This document shows positions 23,731 to 38,527 of a stretch of DNA of 64,000 nt, in pieces; within the stretch, counting starts at the first letter, position 1; each line of letters starts with the position of its first letter. The notes under the pieces were generated by a model. That model was not told the origin of the DNA. It was given only the letters and a program-made list of their open reading frames with translations, and did not search any database. Origin of the DNA: Haliotis rufescens (lineage: Eukaryota); the NCBI RefSeq assembly GCF_023055435.1, contig NW_025964112.1:10478001-10542000 (forward strand), given 5' to 3'. Both the position numbers and the translations under genes were made by a program.

Positions 23731-24564
23731 GCCCCGTGTTCCTTTTGCCCAACACACCACTTCGACCCTTACTTCACCTGGACGGGTGGTAGAATGGGCC
23801 CGATTCTATCAATCGGCTGGTCACGTCATGCCCTAGCATGGAATGCATGAAATCTATATTATTAATAAATATGAAATCTATATTATTAATAAATATATGT
23901 GATTTCACACTAGAATTTGTGATAAAAACAATTGTATGCTCAATTTTGCCTAGAGTCTTATGCCAGAAGGCGGTGGCTCATGGGCCAATCTGGAGATAGA
24001 GACCTCTGAATTCTGTGTTTCTTCGAAACAGTGTTATGGGCCGAACCAGCCTGACACTTATTCTTTTTGATCTCATAGCTTTTCAAGTCACGATAAATCG
24101 CAAAGAACAATGAAAAACGATGCGTGGTTTATTTTACAATAAAACTTTCTTCTTGCATGACGTCATTCCTGGAGATTCGAATATGCGCTCGCAACTTGAT
24201 GACGTCATATATTGGACGACGTTATATTTGAGAGGGAAGTATCTTGTGAGTTGTTGCCCACAGATGTAGCTGTGGTAGGCAGTTAAACGCAGTGGCCGAA
24301 CGATCGCATCCAAAAGTAGGAGAGATATGACAATCAGTATGAGGAGAAAAGATACAGATAATAGACATGAGGATTGTGAGAATATGCAGGAAATACCAAT
24401 CTTACCACATATGTTCGTAAAATGGACTTATCAGACATTTCCGAGGTCGGATTTTATTCAGGGAGTCATAATTGTTAAAATTTAGGTAAATATTTTAAGT
24501 TTGTACATTATATCCATTTCCTTAAGGAGGCTGTAAATAATGTTGATATCTCAATATAAGAAAT

Positions 24565-24738
24565 AATAAACGACTTGGGGTCGTTGCTTATAGTACAACA
24601 AAACACTGGCGGGGAATAAACTATGAGGGACTGCGCCATTCAAGGTTTATTCTTCCTGCAGTGTTTTGCGCCCCTCAAGGTTTATTCTCCCTATAGTGTT
24701 TTATTGTACGACAAACAACGACCACGAGTTGTTTATTT
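24565..24738. repeat. Long imperfect inverted repeat (probable DNA-element end)
   Basis: aataaacgacttggggtcgttg...aaaacact...gaataaact.tgaggg pairs with ccctcaaggtttattc...agtgtttt...caacgaccacgagttgtttatt. Confidence 0.7.
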
Positions 24739-26999
24739 CTCAAATAAAATGTAACTTTTGCTTTTCCACAATACACTTTCATGACAACATATCCATTACA
24801 CCTTTCCTGGTCGCTGATCATATCAGTTTGTTTAAACGCAAACATAACGGCTGTCGATGGGCGCTTATTGTACAGGTGTTAAAAAACCAGTGTCGTGTTT
24901 GTACCAGCTGAGATCTCATGTAGGCCTCCACAACACTACTTGTACATTTCCACACCTCCAAAACACGCATATTCCACAACGGATATTGTGAGCACTAGAC
25001 ACTTATGTCATGAATACGTGTGCTACTAACGGATGACAGATGAAGGGTTTGGGGATACCAAGTAATAATGAATCAGCTATTTATTAGTTTGATTTATTGT
25101 TTCTATTGGATTTGTACACTGACGCTTAGAAGAGCAAACAAGTCTGGTTCAGATAATACATAATCAAACAATAACGTAACAAATACAAATATTTCTTTTG
25201 TCCAACTAACTATGCAAAACTCGGAACACACCTCATTTACACGCGTGCCTCTGAGAATATGTACTTTACATGACTGACAGTAAGTATGTTGGCCTTACTT
25301 GAATTATAGGTTATTCTATTAATTGTTCTCAACTAGGTTTACTCCTAAACTGTGATAGTCTAGTTATTATACTGTCCGTCGATGACAGGTTTTTATTCGT
25401 CTAATTTTAGGTATTATTAATGTTCTCGTCACGATATGGCTGAAATATTGCGGATGTGACGTTAAATTTTAACTCACTCACTCAATACATGACTGACATG
25501 CAATGAGTCATATTTTATATCGTACATAAGATAAAGTAATCCTGTATCAATATAAGCATGCTGCCCACCGTTTGAACTCATTCAATTACAACCAACCTGT
25601 CAGTTGTAACATTCTCAAGATAGCATAGGCCAATTGGGAATTGTACTATGAGTTTCGAGGATACTGGATTCCGATCTGATGTGTGTTATTGCAACAATAT
25701 ACATCCGACTTTAGGCCGACTTACCACAAAAGGATAGTTTAACGATGACACTTCATTTGTTCCCAAGCACATTAAAATGTTTTAATGCCTCTTAAATAAC
25801 CATTATAACTAACTTGGGCTCCAGGGTTTGAAAAAAGGCGTAAATGTCTGCAATGAGCATGATATAAGTGTAATAGTGCTGGCGCCACTCAGCATTTATT
25901 CACTTACTGTTTCACGTGAAGAAATAGGCATTTAGTATATATGTACTTCGCAATGAAATATAGCTACGAGCTTCTATAGAAACCTACTCTTCAGGACACT
26001 TCAATTTTAGACTTCAGAATCATGATGCAACAGCAAGAAGAATTTAAATTTAGAGGATTTAAGATACCAATATGTTTTCAATAGATATTATTTATGATAT
26101 ACAATATATGGCAATACATGTCCCCTACAAATTATAATTCTTACATTGAAAAGGTCAAGAGCTGTACGATTTTCTTCATCTACAATGCATGTAAGCTGTC
26201 ATCTGGGAATATGTTAGTCTATGCTATATGTTACAATATTGATATCATTCAAAACGCAATCAAATAATTCGGTCCATAATTATATTACTTGCAAATTACA
26301 GCTGAAGCCAAAAGTGCTGAAATTCACATCACTCCACTGTGAGATATGCCACAGCTATAAGCTGGACGTCTTAAGAAGAAAATGTGTTATGGGTCTCGAA
26401 AAATGTGCTCGTCCTTATACATAAAATATGTTTGTCTCTTTAAGCAGTGAAAGAGACAACATTCGTCCCAAACAAAGCTATTACTTGATTCTCTTTAATA
26501 TGCAGGCCTCCCTGGTATAGTTGGAAAATTGTTTCTTGTGAAGTAAATAACATTGAATCATTTACTCAAATAAATGTTAGGAATTCGTTGCTGCAAACAT
26601 TCAACCATGCACATTAAGGGAGCACATACACGTTATATATGGATTCCCTATCGACATCACATGTTGGATTAAATATGTCTATCGGAGAGGTGTAGAATCG
26701 GTGTTACTGATACTATCAAACTTCCCGGATCTTCACATGCACTCACACTAAGCTAATGCCATATGATAACAGCTTGTTAGTTCACGCGAGTACAATAATT
26801 GACAGCTGTAAAAGAGAGTGTTATAGCGTATGTAAACGTTCACCGCCGTACAACATTCGTTCATAAATGTTTAACTTTTAAAAGGAAATTTACTTTGATT
26901 ATCAGTGCACAGACCTCTATATATCCAAGATACATCTGTTTCATATTCAGATAAATTACAGATAGATTATGTCTCTTCGTGTCATTTGCACTTGTGGGT

Positions 27000-27900
27000 G
27001 CACCACTCATGAGATATTCTTTAGAAATGTACCACCAAATCCCTGTCTCAAAGATTAACCATCATCCTTATACAACAAGTGAAGGACTTTCTTTATATTC
27101 ACAGAAAGTCCCGGGACAAGAGGAACTAATACCCAGTAGATTCGCAAAAACTCAAAGGATTTGCTCAAATTGTTACAATCTCAGAAGAAACCAACTTCAA
27201 TTCTGTTAAAACACTTGATTTGGCAACTTTATACACCCCTATGCCACATGACAAACTTAGAGGAAAAACTTCCTTCCTTGATCCATGGAGCTTTTGTTAC
27301 AAAATGTTTTTCTGAGTGTAAAATTTGGGGTAAGACATTTGGCAAGAGGTAGGCATCCCAATGGGCACCAATTGCATCCCCCTCTTGCTAATATGTGTCT
27401 TATGTATATGAATCGGAATTTCTGTTCGGATTGGCAGAGTCCAAACAAGGTAATTTTTGGTCAAGAAGTTTAACTTAACCTTCAGGTATATCGATGATCT
27501 GATATCGTTCAATAACCATAAAATATACAATTACCTTAAACTGATTTAACCACCTGTACCAGAAATATTGAGAGTAGCGGGTGACATTTCCAAATTGGAA
27601 GCATCACTGACAAACATGTCAGATGTTATTCCCTACCTTGGCTTGTAATATATGTTCCAGTGTTTTTTTTTCAGGTGAACAATTGACTTGCTTTTGCATA
27701 TGTTTGTGACGGGTGCCACCGATAGGGTCAGGATACGCTCACCTTTTCGCAAACACCGGGAATAATCACTATTTGATAGTGATTCATAAACACATGCTCG
27801 TGATATAGTAGGAATCGCACGATAGACTCTTTCTTATGTTTCGATTGCTCCAATGGACATAATCAGGGTTGTGTATTAAGCCCAATGTTATTTTCACTTT
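27000..27900 (+). mobile_element. Penelope-like (Naiad-type) RT fragment and 3' end
   Basis: Frameshifted RT motifs TLYT, VGIPMGTNC.PLL and LTFRYIDDLISFNN, followed by the recurrent 3' motif tgtttgtgacgggtg...ggatacgctcacctttt. Confidence 0.8.
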
Positions 27901-30879
27901 TTATTAATATGTTGGCTCTGGAAGTCTTGATACATGTCGAAGAGAAGTACAATTATAACCGATTCTGCTTCTTGGTTTCCTTGTAATGCACACGAAATGT
28001 TATTTAATCTCGATAAGCAGAAAAATAATTAACATATGAGGCCTTCCCGACATTTACTACCGATTTTGCTCGTGCTCAAGTTAGATAAACTGTGGCTTAA
28101 TATTGATACTGAGAGATACCACAAAATTCCAAAATCTGAAAGATTATGTACATATTGTAACAGGTCTTCAGACCTGTACCATTTCACTTTTCTATGTCCA
28201 TCCGGATAAAACATTCGAAGGCAAATCATACAAATTATATATGTAAATCGAACTTCAGCTCAAAACGTTTTTCGCCTTATGGCAAAAACAAATAACAACA
28301 TGTAAAATGTGTTATGTTTTATTTCAAATATGCCTTCAAGAGCAGACATTTCCTGAAATGGATCATGTGAATCTATTTGTAAAACGACCTCATACAATTT
28401 AAACACAAATTTGATTTTGTGTTATCATTTGTCATTTTGTCATATTTTAAAAAGTGTTTGTCATCATATCAGAGTAGCTGGAACAGTGGCTTTAAAATCA
28501 ACTTTTGTTATTCTATACAAGATACACAATTTTGGGGAACTCTAGCTGGAACATTTGCATAGCTTCAGACAACCTACTCCGGGTACTTTCAGTAACAGGA
28601 GTACACTGTTCATATGCTGATCTGGGTGGCCTCTGAGGTCGGGAAACTGTTCCTTCCCTGAGAGACTTTCTTTTGGGAGAAGCATGTTACCCAACCATCA
28701 CGGGCGACCAAGAACCTGCTTAGAGTTCCTGATAGAGGGGAGATCACGAAAATCCTCCCCCGTCAGTACCCCTAAGGTATCTCTGAGTTGTACAATCTAC
28801 CGGCCAGTTTCATCCCATTCCCGGAATAAGCCCGAGTTCTTCCTCAGAGCAGATATTAATATATATATTGCTGGCATGATTGGGACATCTGAAATATCCC
28901 CCAAACCTGACTAAATAATGAATAAGAAAGTACAAGTTATTAAAAAAACATATTTGGAACTAATAAAATGGGGAAAAGTACAAAAGTGACCGAGCCTTTC
29001 CTACAATCTTCTTGCTGTTGTACTACAACCTAAGGTCAGACGAAACCTGAAGTATTTTTACATATAACATTAAGCTAACCTTACTAAAGCGATATGGATA
29101 TGACAACTGTCTTCTTGCAAATTCATTCTAATTACCTTCATTTCTTCACAGTATTTGGGGGCACGGGTGTGCAGCGAAGCGTCCCTTGGACATCTCTGAA
29201 TCCTATGATTATGGGCTCGAATCCTGGTTAAACCCCATTCACTCACTCACTCACTTCATAGAATTTCTTTACGTTTCTTACAGTAATAAGGCAATGAAAA
29301 TGTTTCACTAGATCCACTTGAAAAAAGGTTTCTCCTGGCTTAACACCGTCCCTGATACCTGTTTTTGTGCACCAGATGCGAAAATGAAATGCAATCAACA
29401 TATGTTGCATAATGATGGTGTCAGTATAGTGAAGATCCGGAAAATGGATGCCAAAATATATGGTCACGATTTTACACCCAAACCGGTGCTAATGGATATA
29501 TCACACCTGCTATCAAGTATTATAAAAGGCATATGCCTGATCATGTGATATATCCTGCTGCATCAGCTGATAATATTAACTAATTGTGTTTGTGTACCTT
29601 ATGAAGCCATCTCACAATGTGTATGGATTTCTACATATATTGTTCTTTTTAAATAAATGTGGACAGAGACTAATATTTAAGAATTGTAAAAAGTAAAAAC
29701 AATGGAAATTGCAGCTCATTATTGCTTTTGAAGAAAGTGTATAATGTTTTCCACGTTATTTATGTCATTGTCTTTACTCCCAAAGGTCATGGGTGGCCCA
29801 GTGGTCTAAGGTGCCATGATTTGCTGTGTCCCTAAATCGTGCCAGAAATCATGCGTTCAAAACCTAGGCTCGCCCTGATTATGTTTCTGGGTATGTCAGA
29901 ACTATTCCCGTGCTCGTCGGTTTCACCGAAGAGACAAACGCACATGACCTTTTCACTTCAGGCTTTCCTCCCACGTCATTTTGACATGCAGTGAAATAAT
30001 GTTAAGCCAAACTCACTCTCATTCAGTAAACTCCTTCGCATGCAAGTGTAGTTGTCAGTAAGAGATGGCTAGATATTGTCGGTAATATCCGTATGTCTTT
30101 TTGTAAATTTTATTCAAACCAGCATCGAATGAACTTCGTTATTCGAATCCTCCCCTGTTTCGGAATTGTTCCCAACAGCCATAAATGTATTTATAAATGA
30201 AAATAAACGATAGCTATGATGAGGGGTGACCCGCCTATTCAGGAACGGAACATCACTTTCGAGGAAAGGGTGCACTTACACCATTGAGCATATTTGGGAT
30301 TACACATGATCAGCACACCCTGAGACGGAACTAAGTCGTTAGTATCACAGGAGATTAGTATTTGAATATTGTAAATAGTGCCCGATCCTTTCTTAAAACT
30401 CATATTCTTGGGGAATGGGATCGTGGCTGTGGTGAAGTGGCACCTGGTCCACTTGGATTGTCATAGTTCAGGGCAAACATCAACCTCACGAAATTGACTG
30501 CGGAATTTCCTGTTCCTGTGTTTCATAGTTTGTCCTACTTTAACTGACATTTACTTACTGGCACTCACTAGGGCATTTGTGATAGTTTTTGTTGTTGTTG
30601 TTGTTTAATGCCGCACTCAGCAATAATATTCCAGCTATATTTGTGTGAGTGGTGGGAGTTCAGAACAGGATTCAGTGATGTTGTCATATGATTTTCATCA
30701 CTATTTTCCCTTTTACGCCCATTGGAATCACATATTGGAGATTGATTATTCTTTTTCGTTAACGTTTAAAATAGATGACTTCACAAATTAGATGACAAAT
30801 TGGTACACCACACACATCTTTTCTATTTGATTTACTTGAAGAATATTACACTCAGCGAAAACGCAAGTGGACATGCATT

Positions 30880-32760
30880 TACAAACCAATAACAATGTTC
30901 ACTATTAGTACATGTCGTTGACAATAACATCCTTTGTTAGTCATTCACATATGTCACCAAATATCGTAAACAGCCTTAAAATTACGGATGCTGTTGAAGC
31001 GTATGCCACAAGATGGGCTGACAGAGACGAAGAATGAGTGAGTGAGTTGGGTTTAATGCCGCTTTGTATTCAGTATTCCAGTTATATCCCGGCGTGCCTA
31101 CTTATTGGAAGAAATCCCGAAGGGATGCAGGCCTGAGACGTTTACCACTTTGGTGAAGCCCACGAATACGGATATGATGCTGACAAACATAGAAACATAA
31201 TCGGGGCGAACCGAATTCGAATCCACAAGCATAAGTGTCCCAGAGAAGATGAACCGGTTGAATGTATTTTAGAGTGGGCTGGGTCAGTGCGTGATGTTGT
31301 GATTGATCAAATGGATAGAATGCGCAAACAGAAAAAAAGAAACAGTCTGAGAGTTGGCGTAAATCAATTCTGTCCCAGCCAGCTGCCATCAAATGCCTGG
31401 CAGCCCTTTACGAAAAGTATGTAGTTGTTCCAACTGACAAGACCCTTAGATAACATAACCATCATAAGACAAGCAGGCCGACATTAGTTGTTTGATCAAA
31501 GAACCTGGTACACGTGACCTATCAAATAATGTCACATGTAAGACCAGTATGTTAAGTGAAGAAACACTCTGACAAAACCATGCATTAGTACTATCCACTG
31601 TTGCCTTGACTCTAAAAACACTCGACGGGCGTTACAGTACCATAAAGATATTGTCCCCCTGAGAGGGCATGTAAGACCAACTCATTCAAAGAATATACAT
31701 ATATCTACCCAATTTTAAATGCAGAATATGTGTTCACTTTTAATCTCTGGTTAAACTTGAAACAATTGACAGTAACTGAGGGAAAGGTGTAAATCCTGCT
31801 GAGGAACCATGCAGGTAGCAGAGGTACCGTAAGTCCCCTTGGTCCCTAGTACCTTTGTTGCTGGCCCCATTTTTATATCGCATCGTTGCCAATTTATCGG
31901 TGTTTTAATGTTCTACAACTAGTTTTAAGTCAAACTGTGACATTTTGCTATTTATGATACTGTCCTTCGTGGACATTTTTTTATATAAATATTGTATAAA
32001 TTGTTCAGGTCACACTATGACAAAAATATTGCGGACGTGACATAAAATTAAATTCACTCATTCATTCACTCACTCACTCACTCACTCACTCACTCACTCA
32101 CTCACTCACTCTATTATAGATGTGACCATTCCCCTTTTGTACTGGATTAAAAAGCCCCATAAAAGAGACACATTTTGCTTGGTCAAGCAAAATAATGTAC
32201 CACGATTCTATATTAATGTATAACGATTCAGAGGGACAAACGTAAACTCTAAACAAGACTGTATAAGGAAATGACCCAAACTTTCAAAAAGTCAAATGTC
32301 CCTTTATGTCGAGCAATATTCAAGCAGCTCCAGCCTTCGGTGTCTACTTTTCATAACTGTTGAGGTACATGTACATTCGAGCATGCTCTTTCGACGAAGA
32401 TTTCAAAGATGTCATGAGGTTCTTGCTCAAAAAGATGTTTGCTCATAGTTTTAACATTCAAGGCCGTACTAAAGCTTTCGAAATGGTATATAATGGACAT
32501 GTGGAGGACATTTCCTAATTTGTGATCATCAGTGACAAAAAATACGGCCGATGCATTTCCCTATTTTGATTTGTACTGTAAGTTCCCGTGTATTGAGGTA
32601 CACAATTGACTTGCCTTTGCATGTGTTTGTGACGGGTGTCACCAGGGCTGGATATACTCACATTTTCGCAAAAACATGGTATCATCACTTTCTGATTCAT
32701 AAAATAACACGTCAACGACAGAGAATAACCCACAACTGATATAGTCTGTATAGTACACAT
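30880..32760 (+). mobile_element. Naiad-type PLE relic with a nested SINE and LINE tail (copy B ~53200-55530)
   Basis: Motifs KYRKQP, DAVEAYATRWA, LEWAGSVR, YEKYVVVPTDK, PLLYWI and PFMSSNIQAAPAFGVYFS*LLRY. Interrupted at 31035-31235 (SINE C) and ~31630-32110 (LINE 3' end). Confidence 0.75.
31630..32110 (+). mobile_element. LINE 3' end with (ACTC)n tail
   Basis: gtaaatcctgctg...atgcaggtagcagaggtac...gtcacactatg.c.aaaatattgc.gacgtgac plus actc repeats. Homologous to ~53950-54422 (+), 50192-50600 (-) and 25280-25483. Confidence 0.7.
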
Positions 32761-33789
32761 TTTGTTAATGATTAAGGAAATTGTTTTGTTACTTTTGTTA
32801 TATTCTTCTCTTTTCTGTCCCAGGTGCCAGTCAGCAAAGACCTACACACACAAAAATATTAGATTTTCAATGTTTCATACAAAATAAAATTCAACGTTTG
32901 TTTATCTACAATATACGTTGATGATAACATTACAAATATCAATTTGTATAAACAGATATAACAGCTGTTGATGGGCTCATGGTTGTAGTGTCAGACAATC
33001 ATCATTGTGTATGTGTCACCAATGACGTCTCTAACACTACTTGTGAATCTCCACACCAGGCTGCGAGGTCGCTGGAAAGTGCTGTCATGAAAACACGATG
33101 TTATCATTCGCCATGTGATACAGACGGAAGGCAGATAAATGCATTGTTGAGACCAAGTAATAATGGATCAGCTGTGTTTTAGTTTGAGTTATTGATTCTA
33201 CTTGACACTGTTGTGTTTAGAAGAGCCAACGGTAAGGGTTTAGGTGATACGTTATGAAACATCAACATAACAGTTACATATATTTCCGTCATCACGTTTA
33301 ATACACTAACGATGCAAAACTCAGAAATAAAGCGGCAAAACCCTATCCATTGTCATAAGAAATCTATATTGTACGATTTCGAGAATATTTGAAGCATGTT
33401 TGTATGAATCCATATGAAATAATGAGGATACCAGGTGTTCGCGAAAATATGAGCACATGGAAAGGCAAGTCAATTGTCCATAAAACTCAAAATAGGGAAT
33501 TGCACCAGACATAATTTTGTCACTGATGGACAGACCTTGTGCCATGCACAATAAAGAGTAATTGTGTATTGAAACATCCTCCTGCCAACCGTTTGTACTT
33601 GCTTCCAATGCAACCAGGACAATACTGTATATCTTCTCAAGATATCAGAGGACACTTGTGAGTTATGCCTTGAGTTTAGTTTTGATTCTGATCTGTCTGT
33701 CTGATGTGACGAGTCGCAAAAATATTTTCGACCGATTTACCGCATAATGATATTGATAAGACAGCTGCCCATAATTTCATCACAAATAC

Positions 33790-33852
33790 CACGCCGTGAT
33801 ATAACTGGAATACTGTTAAAAGCGGCGTAAAACCCAACTCACTCACTCACTC
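33790..33852 (+). mobile_element. 5'-truncated SINE tail present only in duplication copy A
   Basis: TSD atcacaaatac at 33779-33789 and 33853-33863; empty site in copy B at ~56526. Confidence 0.88.
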
Positions 33853-34574
33853 ATCACAAATACATATTTCACTAGCACGAAATAACAAATATGTAGCAAT
33901 GGTGCTCGTGCGTTGAAGAATTGTTTTAACATCAAGTAAACCAACATTAAATAAATGGAATATTGCTGACGACGGCCTTTCATGTCTATGCTCATGATAT
34001 AGTCGGAACCGTAAAATCGACTCAGCTTTTGGCAAAGATTTCTTGTAAACATGGAATTTTTTCTGTCGCTTTTGACTTTGTGACAATCAGTGACAAAAAT
34101 AATGCCCGATGAAACAACTTATTTTGACTTCCCGTGTTTTCAGGTGAACTATTGAGTTGTCTTACTATGTGTTTGGTTGGGCTGGATATGCTCACATTTT
34201 CGCAAAAACGTGGTATCATCACTACTCGATTTATACAAGAACGCCAGAGAATAACCCACAATTGATATAGTCGGTATAATACAGTGGAGAGAAATCTTAT
34301 GACCATGCAAATTGTAATGGTTGCTTTTATTCTATTCTACACNNNNNNNNNNNNNNNNNNNNNNNNNNNNNNNNNNNNNNNNNNNNNNNNNNNNNNNNNN
34401 NNNNNNNNNNNNNNNNNNNNNNNNNNNNNNNNNNNNNNNNNNNNNNNNNNNNNNNNNNNNNNNNNNNNNNNNNAGATAAAATAAAATTTTGCTTTTCTGC
34501 AATATACCTTGATGATAACATAACAAGTATCAAATTGTTCCAAAATAGATACATGTATAACAGCTGTTGATTAG

Positions 34575-34845
34575 CTGTTTGTTTGTTTGTTTGTTATTCA
34601 ACGCCGCACTCAGCAATATTCCAGCTGTACGACGGTGGTCTGTAAATAATCGAGTATGGACCAGACAATCAAGTGATTGACGTCATGAGCAGCGATCCAA
34701 GCATTTGGGATACGATGACATGCATCAATCAAGTCAGCGAGCTTGACGACCTGATGCCGTTAGTCGCCTCTTACGACAAGCATAGTCGCCTTTTACGGCA
34801 AGCATGGGTTGCTGAAGACCTATTCGAACCCGGATCTTCACTAGG
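34575..34845 (-). mobile_element. SINE-like family B, TSD-flanked (shared by both duplicate copies)
   Basis: TSD cagctgttg(a/g)ttag; the equivalent copy is at ~57205-57465. Confidence 0.88.
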
Positions 34846-35448
34846 CAGCTGTTGGTTAGATATCAGTGCACAACTGAATGAAATACAAAACATGGAATTA
34901 GTTCTACAGCCGAGTTCATCGTGCAAATACCAAAGGTAAAAACGTGCATCACAATACACATCGTCATGGAACGTGTATAATAAAATACATTTCTTGCATT
35001 ATGGACCCACCACTTGATATTTGTGTTTCGTGTTTGAATAAATATTGTAAATATTAAATCTGTATCACAGTGCATATCGAGTTTGGATCGGCAAACCTTT
35101 GGTTAATATCATGAGCAACGTTGTGAGCAGGTGGGGTTCCAAATAAAAGGGCTATAACAATGCCTAGTTTTAGTTTACATGCATGGTGTTCTTTGAAATA
35201 AAAGCGGCAAAACCCTTTCCATATTCATAAGAAATCTCTGCCAAAGGCAGAATCGATTGTACGATTCCGACTATATCATGACAATGTAATTATGAATTAC
35301 TATCACATAGTTATGATACAAGGTGTTCGCGAAAAGATGATCGATATATCCTCCCCCACATAAGGCACCCATCACAAACACATGCAAAGGCAAGTCAATT
35401 TATTCACCTAAAACCCCCTGGAATATATGGTACAAGTCAAAAAGGGAA

Positions 35449-35916
35449 TTGCATTTGACATCATGTTTGTCACTGATGCGTCAAAATTGGAAATTTCCTA
35501 CCATAAAACATTTTGAAAGATTTACTGAGGCTTTGAATGTTGTAACATTGATCAAACAACTTCTGAGCAAGAGTCTTATAAAATACATTGTAGATCACAA
35601 TATCACAAAACAAACATATGAATCTTTTTCTTTCTATGGAATTTTCGGGAAATGGACATTGAAGAAATTTGGACACCGGGCCTCAGGGCCTCGGGCGCTT
35701 GAAAACATTGTTAAAATAGCATTTAGTCAAGAAGAAGGCATCGACATGGGCAAAACCTTGGTGATCACCACCTCACTCGTGTGCTTTAATATGGATATGA
35801 ATGGGAAATTGCATACAAAATATCAAATCAAAACGACATCAGCCCTTTGTCTTTCTTCAGGTGAGCTTACACACACAATATTGTCGACAATTCTGAACAT
35901 TCATGGATCTGTATGA
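35449..35916 (+). mobile_element. Degraded PLE-type RT fragment (copy B 58073-58519)
   Basis: KQTYESFSFY and EGIDMG resemble RT motifs xKTYDFSTLY and GIPMG. Frameshifted in copy B; lies next to PLE 3'-end fragments. Confidence 0.5.
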
Positions 35917-36712
35917 CACGATCAAAACTGGTTATTTTGCGATTTTATTAAAATGAAATTGTCATTATCCAAGGTTAATTGTGGTTTGTCTTTGTTTGCA
36001 AGTCTTGATATCAACTATCGTGTTTCAGTATAACCCACCCGACACTAAACGGTATTTGCAATTGGTATTGTGCATCACCAACAATGTTATTTACCATCAT
36101 ATCACTGTTACAAACTAAGAAAAATAGATGTAACTAATTAATTAATATTTACAAAGTTTAAAAAATGCAAATGACTAATTATCTTTTATCCCGTCTATTG
36201 ATACCAGGGAAGGTCTTATTTATGTTTTATGCCTGGAATATTGTTGAGTGCGGCGCTTAACAGTCACTATTATTTTGTATATCCAATATCAACGTTACAC
36301 TCGCCTCAAGTCCACAATAACGTCAGCCATATGTTTTCTTGTCTAATTGTTTACGCCCTTCTGATTGGTTGACTTTGATTGGATGTCTCCCATAAAGGTA
36401 TGACTGACACTTCATTGACAGTGTGGATAAATGAAGGTTACGTATTACTTCCGTGTACTGATCAGCGGATTAATACGATAAATGTAACACACTAAAAACG
36501 AGCACCAGCTAAGAGTAGCATATCGTGATTCGTGCATATAAATGCAATGATACTGAGAGAGTACTGAATTCAACATAATCCATAAACAGCTATACAGTGT
36601 ATATACATAATATATCCAAACTCACAGATGCAATTTATGTATAATACGTTCGATATGAATCGGAAAAATACTTACATGTGCTTTTTAATCCAAGGAATAT
36701 GTGAATCAGTAT

Positions 36713-36940
36713 TGTAGTGTTCAGCAGTAGTCGGTTTAATGTTATAATTTTATGGTTCGTTGTTAGATGTAATGTATTGTTAACCGGGCGTCTCGTGACC
36801 TGTACCTCGTTCTCAGACGTTAATTAAATGTCCGGCCGGCACGTCGTCTTGTGTTTCTGTTCGTCCTTGTCTTGGTCTCCCTCCAGCGTCACGTCTTGTC
36901 CAATTAATTAGAATGAGTATGTAGAACCCACAACACTACA
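36713..36940. mobile_element. Solo LTR, 228 bp
   Basis: TG...CA ends, terminal inverted repeat tgtagtgtt/aacactaca, 5-bp TSD agtat. Confidence 0.85.
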
Positions 36941-38527
36941 AGTATGTGCACAAGGAAATGCATCCACGTCGTGTATCAATCTCCACATGCAAACAAACAC
37001 CTGAACACATCTTTCATATGAAACTTTTTTCGCATTCACAATCCGCTACCGTGGTGTACTAAACTCCAAACGAATACAGTTGCCGTCCACTTACAGTTTT
37101 ATGCACGCGAGTTCCTACAATGACCGGAATCCTTTCCAGCTGGCGATCACCTCGTGCGGCGCACGTGCGGGACGGATTGGGTCGATAAGTTGCGTATCAC
37201 GTATGATGAAAACCACAATGCTTTAAACAGAACATAAAATCGCGATCAGTTCTTATTCAGCTTTGAGTAGTTTTCCTTTAAAGCGCATAGTTTAAGTATC
37301 TGATTATTATTTGTTCACTCATTGAAATGATAACCATTATCCAATCTGTGACACATGACTCTGACTGAGGTTGTTATCCGTTGCTTGTGAACTACAGGTG
37401 GATATGTTACAAGGTAACTGTTTCCAACTATGAAGCAGATTTATGGCGGATATATAGAGGATATTTCATAAGTGGTGAAGCCACAAATGCAGATGCCAAC
37501 CTTGTCATGCAAAGAAATGCGCTAACCATGCCATTTGACAAGAAAGCATAACATCTTGTATCAACATTTGTGTAATGTATTTTCTTAGTGAACTTTACGA
37601 CCTATCAGTGGAAGGCTTCAGTGACCAAGAAAGACTGAAATAAGTTCAGACCTGAAGTGTTATTTCACTCAAGTGAGATATGGAATATAAATACAGCATA
37701 CGTATCATTCAGATACAGCATTAAATACATACCAAATGGCGGATATCTAATCCGTCCACCAGATGTACAATTAACATCAACATTCTACTCGTGTTATATA
37801 TGCATGTAGTTGCCTGCATGCCTGAATGTTAACCCTCAAATAACAACAGTTGTGTTGTATTTTATATATTATCTGTTTTGTATCCGAGTAGTGCTTTTCG
37901 CCAGGACACACTTGATCATTATATGGCGCATCACTTTTCATGAACAACATACTGTGTTAACTCGAAAATAACTATCAGAAATACATATAAACTTAGTAAT
38001 GCAATAATAATTTGATCAATTACGTTTTCAGCTAATGTTTTGCTTTATTCAGCATTATAACAATGCAATTCAACTCATCTCACATATAAAGTTTGTAATG
38101 CAATAATANNNNNNNNNNNNNNNNNNNNNNNNNNNNNNNNNNNNNNNNNNNNNNNNNNNNNNNNNNNNNNNNNNNNNNNNNNNNNNNNNNNNNNNNNNNN
38201 NNNNNNNNNNNNNNNNNNNNNNNNNNNNNNNNNNNNNNNNNNNNNNNNNNNNNNNNNNNNNNNNNNNNNNNNNNNNNGCTTTTGGGTGCGGACATGTTCC
38301 GACTTTATAAGGAGAGCTCCTTGAGATGCTGTTTCGCAGTTGAACATGGATACGCCACACAGACAAATTGTAGGGATTCCGTGTGGAACAGCCCTTGTGT
38401 TATCCCCTTTATGTCCAGCGTCAGGGAAGGAATAGAAGAAGAAATACAATCTTTGAAATTCAATGCATTTTGGTATAACACGGCCAGGGGGACAGTACCA
38501 CTGACATTCTGCTCTCTGGGTAGACGC

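Noticed and set aside
28680-28770. Hammerhead-like ctgatagagggg...cgaaa
   Set aside because: The core is CUGAUAG rather than CUGANGA and the stems do not close. The region resembles an antisense LINE 5' UTR fragment.
31102-31392. ORF conserved between the duplicates (also 53417-53782)
   Set aside because: It is made of a family C SINE plus antisense PLE sequence; the conservation only reflects the duplication.
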